IMG/VR virus record: IMGVR_UViG_3300032893_000092
Span: 1 to 46,000 of that record
Length of the DNA: 46,000 nucleotides
Origin: a virus
Direction: 5' to 3' (one strand)
The position numbers and the translations under genes were made by a program. The stretch's first letter is position 1, and the number at the start of each line of letters is the position of its first letter. A model generated the notes under the pieces. That model was not told the origin of the DNA. It saw only the letters and a program-made list of their open reading frames with translations, and did no database searches. This document shows, piece by piece, positions 1 to 6,546 of the stretch.

Positions 1-127
1 CCTAACAATCCCATCAAGTCCGGCGATCCCATCTATACGACCTCGGGTCGTCTCTGTGGCGTCGCTGTCGCGGACGCTGTCCCTGGAACCGCGGGTCCGG
101 CTGACGACGGTAACGTCGTAATGCAAG
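1..127. repeat. terminal overlap, copy 1 (identical to 45874-46000)
   Basis: Compared base by base over all 127 nt with the last 127 nt of the window and found identical. This implies a circular or circularly permuted unit of 45873 bp. Confidence 0.95.
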
Positions 128-339
128 TGATCGGCGTGTTCAATCTGTCCGTTACATCCACTCACCACGCGATCGGAGTCGGACAGACGGTCTACATCAA
201 CAGTTCTGGAGTGATCAGTGACGACCTCACCCAGATTCCCTACGGAACTGTCCTCGACGCCGTAGCTCAGTACCAGACCACCACTGTCCGGGTCCGTCTC
301 TTCGGAGCGACGCCGGGAGCCGCTGGAGCTGACAGCTAG
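1..339 (+). CDS. head decoration protein, DUF2190-like (C-terminal part; the ORF starts at 45814 and wraps across the window ends)
   Basis: Frame 1 is open from base 1 (PNNPIKSGDP...) and is in phase with ATG 45814, because 45873 is divisible by 3. The joined ~132-aa product MKNFVQKGDRVTF...GVFNL...VRLFG resembles DUF2190 head-decoration proteins. It lies between the scaffold and major capsid genes. Confidence 0.6.
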   Translation, partial: PNNPIKSGDPIYTTSGRLCGVAVADAVPGTAGPADDGNVVMQVIGVFNLSVTSTHHAIGVGQTVYINSSGVISDDLTQIPYGTVLDAVAQYQTTTVRVRLFGATPGAAGADS

Positions 340-347
340 GCTGTAAA

Positions 348-377
348 GGGAGCCAGGTCAAACCTGGCTTGGCTCCC
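348..377 (+). promoter_or_regulatory. GC-rich stem-loop (GGGAGC...GGCTCCC element, copy 1)
   Basis: GGGAGCCAGG-TCAAA-CCTGGCT(TG)GCTCCC has an inner perfect 7-bp stem AGCCAGG/CCTGGCT plus outer GGGAGC/GCTCCC pairing. It is followed by GCAAGTTTTG and lies 75 nt upstream of the capsid gene. Confidence 0.4.
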
Positions 378-453
378 GCAAGTTTTGAAGTAAGGCGACT
401 AGTAAAAACCGGCTCCAGACAGGAGACGGATCGAAACCAAGGAGGTTGTAACC

Positions 454-1626
454 ATGAACGCGAAACAATTCATGGAAGTCATCAGGGAAGGCGAAGCGCT
501 CGATCCGAGCTTCAATGAACGAGCCGCGAGCATCCAGGGATTCGAGGAGAAGTACACCTCGTTTCTCGAACTGATCTCTAATGTTAGCGGTATGTCCGCT
601 AACAAACGTCGCTACCTGATGAAGGAAGCGGAAACCACGTCGGACTTCCCGGTTCTCTTCGGAACCGTCCTCGAACGCCAGCTCCGCGCGAAGTACCAGC
701 TGGTGAACCCGGACTGGCGGAAGTACATCAAGACCCGGACAGTGAACGACTTCCGGACGGCCTGGGACATGGCGACCTACGGGAACCGCGCCACCTTGTC
801 CGTCGTGAAGGAACGCGGCGAGTACAAGGCGTCCGCGCTGGCTGACGGGAAGTTCACCATCAACCTGAAGAAGTACGGTCGAAAGTTCCCTCTGTCCTGG
901 GAAGCAATGATTAACGACGACCTCGGCGCCTTCTCCGACATCTCGAACGACCTCGTCCTGTCGGCGACGAACACTGAAGCCTACGTCGCGACCTCGACCT
1001 TCTCGGGTTCCGGTGGTCCGAACTCGACACTGTACCAGATCGGTGGAACCCACCCGATCGACGGTACGACGTTCACGAACAAGAAGACCGGAGCCTCCGG
1101 CTTGAACGCGACGGAGGTAGCTGCGGCTATCACGGCGTTGAAGAGCCAGGTGGACTTTGACGGGAACCCGATCATGTTCAATCGGTTCGTCCTCGTCACG
1201 CCGGTCGCTCTGGAGTTCACCGCTCTCCAGGTCCTCAGCAATAACGCGCTGATCGCGACGGCTCTGTCGTCTCAGTCGGCGACTTCGACGGTGATCGGAA
1301 CGACCTCCGAGAACATCCTGTTGAAGTATCCTCTGACCCAGGCGACGAACCCCTGGCTGGACATCATCGACACGACGGCCGGGAAGAAGACCTGGTATCT
1401 GTTCGGTGAGCCGGCTGACGGCGACGCTGTGGTCATGGCTTTCCTCCGCGGACACGAGTCTCCGGAAGTTTGCCAGCGCATGTCGGACAAGGTCACCCTG
1501 GGTGGAGCTCCAATCTCGCCGATGGAAGGCGACTTCGACTCCGACTCGATCCAGTGGCGTGTTCGTCACGTCCTCGGCTCGACGGTCACTGATCCGCGTT
1601 ACACCTACGCGGTCGTGAATACCTAG
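454..1626 (+). CDS. major capsid protein (HK97-fold type)
   Basis: 390-aa ORF with strong RBS AAGGAGG 7 nt upstream. It follows the protease, scaffold and decoration genes. The size and position are typical of a major capsid protein, and a strong hairpin follows it. Confidence 0.8.
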   Translation: MNAKQFMEVIREGEALDPSFNERAASIQGFEEKYTSFLELISNVSGMSANKRRYLMKEAETTSDFPVLFGTVLERQLRAKYQLVNPDWRKYIKTRTVNDFRTAWDMATYGNRATLSVVKERGEYKASALADGKFTINLKKYGRKFPLSWEAMINDDLGAFSDISNDLVLSATNTEAYVATSTFSGSGGPNSTLYQIGGTHPIDGTTFTNKKTGASGLNATEVAAAITALKSQVDFDGNPIMFNRFVLVTPVALEFTALQVLSNNALIATALSSQSATSTVIGTTSENILLKYPLTQATNPWLDIIDTTAGKKTWYLFGEPADGDAVVMAFLRGHESPEVCQRMSDKVTLGGAPISPMEGDFDSDSIQWRVRHVLGSTVTDPRYTYAVVNT

Positions 1627-1647
1627 GTCGGCGAGTGTTGTGAGTGA

Positions 1648-1675
1648 GAGCTCAGCTTCGGGGGAGGCTGAGCTC
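1648..1675 (+). terminator. stem-loop after the capsid gene (putative attenuating terminator or mRNA stabiliser)
   Basis: GAGCTCAGCTTC-GGGG-GAGGCTGAGCTC forms a 12-bp stem with one G.U pair and a 4-nt loop. The downstream tract is only GATCTTA, so it is not a canonical U-tract. Confidence 0.45.
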
Positions 1676-1694
1676 GATCTTAGAGGACTTACCG

Positions 1695-2111
1695 ATGACA
1701 GACATCCAGATAGTCCGAGCTCTGATCGGAGACGAGACGGCGTCACAGCTGTCGGATTCCGACATCGCGGTCTTTTGCACCTTGGCGCTGACGCCTCAAT
1801 ATGCCTCGGTCGCGTTCGTCAGTAACCCCTACAGCTCCGGGAACTCCGGTTCAATCTCTGAGTACTTCTTCGCGGCGAGTATGGCTATGAACGCGATCGC
1901 CTCGAAGGTCGCGGCGAATCTCCAGGAAGTCAGGATCGGAGACTTCACTGACTCCAGCGGAAAGAACAAGGTCACGGCTCTCCGCGCGGCCGCGGACGCC
2001 TACCAGAAGCTGTACTACGAGACTCCGGCCTGGGCTGTCATCGAGTCGAACGAGTCAGACCTGAACGCGCTGACCACGATCAGGAACTACGTTCTGAGGA
2101 CGAATCCATGA
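1695..2111 (+). CDS. head-tail connector/adaptor (gp6-like)
   Basis: ATG at 1695 (MTDIQIVRALIGDETA...) lies downstream of the hairpin; the track ORF start at 1644 would sit inside it. It is the first gene after the capsid gene and is about 138 aa. Confidence 0.5.
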   Translation: MTDIQIVRALIGDETASQLSDSDIAVFCTLALTPQYASVAFVSNPYSSGNSGSISEYFFAASMAMNAIASKVAANLQEVRIGDFTDSSGKNKVTALRAAADAYQKLYYETPAWAVIESNESDLNALTTIRNYVLRTNP

Positions 2112-2335
2112 GTGACCTTCGCCTCAATAACGACTTACTACTTCAGATCGCGGAACAGCAAGTCAAGGACAGCCAAGTCCTTCACGAGCTGAAGGGTAAC
2201 CTGGTCGCTCGTGTAGAGAGCTTGGAGTCGGCTCAGCGCTGGTCAAAGTGGATGACCTACGTCGTGAACCCAGCTCTGGCGATCTTGATGGGGATCGCTC
2301 AATACTTCGGAGTGAAGATTCCGGTGAAACCATGA
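2108..2335 (+). CDS. small protein with C-terminal transmembrane segment
   Basis: ATGA overlap with the upstream stop. The 75-aa product has a coiled-coil N-terminus and a hydrophobic C-terminus (WMTYVVNPALAILMGIAQYFGV). Confidence 0.5.
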   Translation: MSDLRLNNDLLLQIAEQQVKDSQVLHELKGNLVARVESLESAQRWSKWMTYVVNPALAILMGIAQYFGVKIPVKP

Positions 2336-2715
2336 CCGACGTATTCGATACCTTGATGATCTCGTCCACGGCGATCCTGGAGAAGAAGACCTACGGGTCT
2401 GGCTCCGATGACGGCTATGGACAGCCTCCTCAAGACTTCATCACGAAGATCGCGGCCTGGCCGTGTCGAGTATCTACGAAGCGTGGAGGCGTCGAGTACA
2501 AGCAAGGTAAGGAGTTCGCGAAGAACACCTTCACGGTCTTCATGCGTCCTCCGACGACGGCCGACGACAGCTCGTCCTTCACTCTGAACACTCACCACTG
2601 GCTTCGGGTGACTGACGAGCGCGGTAACCAACAGCTGTTTAACGTTCTTGGCGTGAACGACCCGAGCTTCCTGGGACACCACCTCGAAGTGATGGTCGAA
2701 CAGGTTCTCCCGTAA
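2332..2715 (+). CDS. head closure / head-tail adaptor (SPP1 gp16 / HK97 gp9-like)
   Basis: ATG 2332 overlaps the upstream TGA. The 127-aa product has the typical pattern ...AAWPCRV...FTVFMRPP...WLRVTDERGN..FNVLGVND. Confidence 0.55.
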   Translation: MTDVFDTLMISSTAILEKKTYGSGSDDGYGQPPQDFITKIAAWPCRVSTKRGGVEYKQGKEFAKNTFTVFMRPPTTADDSSSFTLNTHHWLRVTDERGNQQLFNVLGVNDPSFLGHHLEVMVEQVLP

Positions 2716-3116
2716 TGGCCGAACAGATAGAGCTCCGACTGAACCCAGACGCGCGGAAGATAGCGAAGGCCGCGGCCTTCGACGCCGTCAAGGAGGTCTT
2801 CGTCCTGGACATCAAGCCGAAGGCTCAAGAGCTCTCGCCGGTCACAGAGGAGGGTCTGAAGATTAACCAGGCCAAGCATCCGACCTGGCCGCTGATCAAG
2901 ATCGGTGGGACGGGAACGAACCGTCGCTCGATCGACGTAGAGATCAAGCAAGAGCCGCGCGGTGTGGTCGCGGAGCTCTTCACCCAGTCCGGCTACGGAG
3001 GCTGGCTGGAGATCGGGACGAGGTTCATGCGAGCCCAGCCGTATCTGTGGCCAGCTTTCCGCGCGTTCCAGAAGAAGATCGCCGAAGTCACCGGCGTGAA
3101 GATAGGGAAGCGATGA
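2715..3116 (+). CDS. tail component, HK97 gp10-like
   Basis: TAATG overlap with the upstream gene. The 133-aa product has an ...AQPYLWPAF... motif typical of the gp10 family, and its position is correct. Confidence 0.5.
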   Translation: MAEQIELRLNPDARKIAKAAAFDAVKEVFVLDIKPKAQELSPVTEEGLKINQAKHPTWPLIKIGGTGTNRRSIDVEIKQEPRGVVAELFTQSGYGGWLEIGTRFMRAQPYLWPAFRAFQKKIAEVTGVKIGKR

Positions 3117-3631
3117 TCGACACGATACAACTCGTAAGACAGTGGCTCCTAGCGTCGTCCGCGGTCTCGACGATCGCCGGGACTAACGTCTTCGGTGAGG
3201 CTCTTCCAGAGCACTACGACCCGACGAGTAACTCGGCGATCGTCATCAGCCTCAAGGGTGGAGCCGGTCACGTCGAGATCGCTCCACTGATCGACGTAGA
3301 AGTTCAGATCAAGACCTGGGCTGGGATTAACCAGTTCGTCCTGGCGCGGTCGCTGTACGGCGCCGTCTACGACACGATGCACAGTAAGAGCATGGTCACG
3401 TTCGCCGGTTACGGGACGGTGTTGACCAGCTATGAGTTCGGACACGGCCAGGGGATCGCCGATCCAGACGCTGGCTGGGCGACCGTAGTAGGAACCTTTA
3501 AGCTCCAGGTAAGACAAGACGCGGTAGGGACTCTTCCCACCTGGGTAGACGATACCCAGTCGGTGAAGGAGTACATCGACAGTCAAATAGCTGGAGAGGA
3601 CGCGGTGTTAGACGGAGGAGACTTCTCATGA
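3113..3631 (+). CDS. tail terminator / completion protein (DUF3168-like)
   Basis: ATGA overlap at 3113. 172 aa starting MIDTIQLVRQWLLASSAV.. It is the last connector gene before the tail genes. Confidence 0.45.
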   Translation: MIDTIQLVRQWLLASSAVSTIAGTNVFGEALPEHYDPTSNSAIVISLKGGAGHVEIAPLIDVEVQIKTWAGINQFVLARSLYGAVYDTMHSKSMVTFAGYGTVLTSYEFGHGQGIADPDAGWATVVGTFKLQVRQDAVGTLPTWVDDTQSVKEYIDSQIAGEDAVLDGGDFS

Positions 3632-5217
3632 ACATAAAATACTACCGCGTCAGGCTTCAATCTCAGCTCCCTAGTTCTTCAGCTCAGGACGGTGACCTGT
3701 ACTTCGTCCGGGAAACCGGGAAGTTCTATCTGTGGGACGCCGACAACTCTTCCATGCGGCAGATCGGTGGAAGCGCTTCCGTGGTCTGGGGCGCCATCAC
3801 CGGGACCTTGTCTGATCAGACTGACCTCCAGACAGCTCTTGACGACCTGACTACGGCTATCACGAACGAGAGTAACACGAGAGCCTCCGCGGATTCGACT
3901 CTGTCTTCCGCTATCAGCTCGGAGGCTAGTACTAGAGCCACGGCTGACACGACTAATGCTAACGCCATCTCGGCCGAGACCTCCAGGGCGGAGTCCGCCG
4001 AGGCTGCTCTGGTGCCTAACACCCGCACGGTGAACGGCAAGCCTTTGTCGTCCGACGTCACTTTGTCCACCAGCGATGTGGCCGAGGGTTCGAACCTGTA
4101 CTACACGAACGTAAGGGCGTCTGCCGCCGCCCCGGTACAGTCGGTCGCGGGCAAGACCGGGACTGTGACCTTGGCGGAGTCTGACATAGCTAACCTGACC
4201 ACGGACCTCGCCGCCAAGGCCCCGCTGGCATCTCCCGCCCTTACGGGAAGCCCGACCGCCCCGACCCAGTCGGCGCTGGACAACTCCACCAAGCTAGCCA
4301 CCACGGCCTACGCGGACGCGGCGGTAGCGGTGGAGGCTTCTGCCAGGGCCACGGCTGTGTCCGCCAAGCAGGACAAGCTCACCGGCACGGGCTTGGCCCG
4401 CAACAACGGGGCGTGCTCCGAGCTGAGCGGGGACGTGACGACCTCCGGCTCCAACGCCACGACGCTGAAGGCCACGGGCAGCGCGGGGACCTACACCAAG
4501 GTGACGACCGACGCCGCCGGCCGGGTGTCGTCCGGCACCACGCTGGCGGCCGGGGACATACCCGACATCTCGGCGACGTACGAGGTAAAGTCCAACAAGG
4601 ACTCCGCCAGCGGGTACGCCGGCCTGGACTCCAACGGGAACCTCAAGCTGTCAGAGTTCCCTGACATAGCTGGAGGCAACTCTGGCCAGGCCTGGCTGTG
4701 GGGCGGCGCGGGAATGCAGGACATAGCCTCCGGCTCCGCGGCCACGATCTCCGGCGGCAACCCGAACCGCATCTCAGGGATGATGATGATGGTGCCGTTC
4801 GCCATCACCATACGCAAGGTCTCGATGACCCTGCTGATCTCCTCCGGCTCGGGCACGGTGTACGCCGGGATATACTCGGCCGACGGGAACACCAAGTACG
4901 TGGAGGCCCAGTTCTCCCCGTCCGGAGCCTCGGCCGCGTTCTACACGGTGACCCTCAACACGCCGGTCACCTTGAAGCCGGGGGTGTACTTCGCGGTATG
5001 CGCCTCCAGCAGCGGGTCGGTCACGTCGCCGACCATAGCGATCCCGAACACCAACACCACCGCAGGCAGCACCGTGGCGCCGTCGCTGAGCCTCAACGCG
5101 ACCCGCGCGTTCTCGCAGGCCGGCAACAACACGTCCGGCGGGAGCCTACCGTCGTCCTTGGGCGCATTGACAAAGGCATCCACGACCAGCGTCCCCGCGG
5201 TGCTGTACGAGGGTTAG
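3628..5217 (+). CDS. tail fibre-like protein
   Basis: 529 aa. It carries the conserved fibre motifs LASPALTGSPTAPTQSALDNSTKLATTAYADAAV and SGYAGLDSNGNLKLSEFP. It is Ser/Thr/Ala-rich. The C-terminal two thirds differ in composition from the rest of the genome. Confidence 0.65.
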   Translation: MNIKYYRVRLQSQLPSSSAQDGDLYFVRETGKFYLWDADNSSMRQIGGSASVVWGAITGTLSDQTDLQTALDDLTTAITNESNTRASADSTLSSAISSEASTRATADTTNANAISAETSRAESAEAALVPNTRTVNGKPLSSDVTLSTSDVAEGSNLYYTNVRASAAAPVQSVAGKTGTVTLAESDIANLTTDLAAKAPLASPALTGSPTAPTQSALDNSTKLATTAYADAAVAVEASARATAVSAKQDKLTGTGLARNNGACSELSGDVTTSGSNATTLKATGSAGTYTKVTTDAAGRVSSGTTLAAGDIPDISATYEVKSNKDSASGYAGLDSNGNLKLSEFPDIAGGNSGQAWLWGGAGMQDIASGSAATISGGNPNRISGMMMMVPFAITIRKVSMTLLISSGSGTVYAGIYSADGNTKYVEAQFSPSGASAAFYTVTLNTPVTLKPGVYFAVCASSSGSVTSPTIAIPNTNTTAGSTVAPSLSLNATRAFSQAGNNTSGGSLPSSLGALTKASTTSVPAVLYEG

Positions 5218-5261
5218 TACTTTTTAGGTTTACCGGCTGAGCCGGAAAAGGAGAAGCAACA

Positions 5262-5870
5262 ATGAGCGTACCTCAATTCCAAGCGAGTAACGTTATCGCC
5301 GGAGCCGGATTCATGTATCTCGCGCCAGCCGGAACCGCGATCCCTGACCTGTCCACTATGCCTACTGACTCCACTCTCCAGTCGGCCGGGTTCGTTCCTT
5401 CCGGCTACACTGATGACGGTGTTCAGTTCACCTACACTCCTCAGACCAAGGACATCGATGTAGACGAGGAGATGTCACCCGTCCAGATTCTCCTGATCGG
5501 CGAGAAGCTGGAGATCAACCTGAAGTTCGCCGAGGTGACTCTGAACAACCTCCTCCGCGCGATCGCCGGGTCGAGCCTGGTAGAGGGAGCCGGAATCTCG
5601 ACTCTATACCTGGGATCACCAGCTCAATCGAGCGTCCAGGAATACGTCGCGATCTTCATGGGTCCGGCGCCTGGTACCGAGGCTAACGCCGGAACGACCG
5701 GCCGCGTGATCGCAGTCTACCGCATCAAGTCTACGGGAGCCGTGACTCACCACGCTCAGCGTAAGGACAAGGTGGTCTACGCCGTGAAGTTCACCGCGCT
5801 CGCCGACTCGACGAAGTCGGCCGGTCAGCGACTGGCGAAGATCATCGACTATAACCAGGCCGGTAGCTAG
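5262..5870 (+). CDS. major tail (tube) protein
   Basis: 202 aa with RBS AAAAGGAGAAG. It lies immediately upstream of the chaperone and tape-measure genes and is followed by a terminator-like hairpin. Confidence 0.6.
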   Translation: MSVPQFQASNVIAGAGFMYLAPAGTAIPDLSTMPTDSTLQSAGFVPSGYTDDGVQFTYTPQTKDIDVDEEMSPVQILLIGEKLEINLKFAEVTLNNLLRAIAGSSLVEGAGISTLYLGSPAQSSVQEYVAIFMGPAPGTEANAGTTGRVIAVYRIKSTGAVTHHAQRKDKVVYAVKFTALADSTKSAGQRLAKIIDYNQAGS

Positions 5871-5879
5871 GCCACAGGA

Positions 5880-5914
5880 GGAGGGAGTCTGGTGACGGGC
5901 TCCCTCCAGATTTT
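5880..5914 (+). terminator. intrinsic-terminator-like hairpin after the major tail gene
   Basis: GGAGGGAG (5880-5887) pairs with CTCCCTCC (5900-5907) across a 12-nt loop, followed by AGATTTTCC. Confidence 0.5.
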
Positions 5915-5928
5915 CCGAAGAGGCGACC

Positions 5929-6315
5929 ATGAAGCGAACAGAATCTGAGATTCTCTCGAAGGCTCCGATCACCGTTAAGTTCGGCGACTCGGAGTATGAA
6001 GTCAAGCCGCTGACCCTCGGTCCGGCTCGACTGTGGCGTCAGAAGGTCTACGAGCGTATGGGGTCGGTCTTGTCCGGATTCTCAGAAGCTCCCACTCCCG
6101 AGAACTTGAGCCCAGCGCTGGGAGCCGCGATGATCGCGTTCCCGGAGAAGCTCCTGGATATCGTCATGGACTTCGCTCCCTACCTCCCCAAGGAGAAGAT
6201 CGAAGCGGAGTCAACTGACGAACAGCTGGCCGTAGCCTACGGTAAGGTCATGGCTCTCGGGTTCCCTTTTCTGGCTCCACTCATGATGACGACAAAAGTA
6301 CTCAAGAGCCGGTAA
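5929..6315 (+). CDS. tail assembly chaperone (gpG-like)
   Basis: 128-aa ORF directly upstream of the tape-measure gene. It contains an in-phase slippery heptamer. Confidence 0.7.
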   Translation: MKRTESEILSKAPITVKFGDSEYEVKPLTLGPARLWRQKVYERMGSVLSGFSEAPTPENLSPALGAAMIAFPEKLLDIVMDFAPYLPKEKIEAESTDEQLAVAYGKVMALGFPFLAPLMMTTKVLKSR

Positions 6316-6545
6316 GCGAGTCCCGGCTCTACGAGCTGGCTCTTTGTGAGTGGGGTCTGACACCCGAGTACTTGAACGAACACTGGACTGAAGAGCTTCT
6401 TCATCTGATGCTGGTCGCCAGGAATCAGAGACACGGCGTCACGGCCAAGCCGGAGAAGAAGGGTCCGGACGCGGTAGAGACAAAAGAGTTCCTCCAGAAC
6501 GTGAACGGGTTCGGTGGTGGTGGGATAGGTTACGAGAGGCGCTGA
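5929..6545 (+). CDS. tail assembly chaperone, -1 frameshift fusion product (gpGT-like)
   Basis: The -1 frame is open from 6246 to the TGA at 6543-6545, one base before the tape-measure ATG. It encodes ...ESRLYELALCEWGLTPEYLNEHWTEELLHLMLVARNQ... and has no start codon of its own. Confidence 0.6.
6264..6270 (+). promoter_or_regulatory. -1 programmed frameshift slippery heptamer C CCT TTT
   Basis: X XXY YYZ pattern in the correct phase (codons CCT 6265-6267 and TTT 6268-6270 of the gpG-like frame). Confidence 0.55.
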
Positions 6546-6546
6546 C

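Noticed and set aside
415-445. tRNA-like T-loop (GGATCGAAACC) in the capsid leader
   Set aside because: Flanking bases cannot form a T-stem or acceptor stem, and no cloverleaf can be drawn. No other intergenic gap is long enough and structured enough to hold a tRNA.
358-1746. 462-aa minus-strand ORF covering the whole capsid gene
   Set aside because: It is antisense to a well-supported gene. The translation is Arg/Ser/Leu/Val-rich low-complexity sequence (RRSRRLRRQSRRDQR...). It has no RBS. This is a typical shadow ORF of GC-rich coding DNA.
4413-5240. Multiple alternative-frame ORFs (4413-4664, 4491-4895, 4698-5240, 4941-5183)
   Set aside because: These are artefacts of the very high GC3 of the fibre C-terminal module. 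The translations are Arg/Gly/His-rich nonsense, and the fibre frame carries recognisable motifs.
5236-5250. CCGGC-TGA-GCCGG hairpin before the major tail gene as a terminator
   Set aside because: The stem is only 5 bp and there is no downstream T-tract on either strand. It is more likely an incidental feature or a minor mRNA structure.
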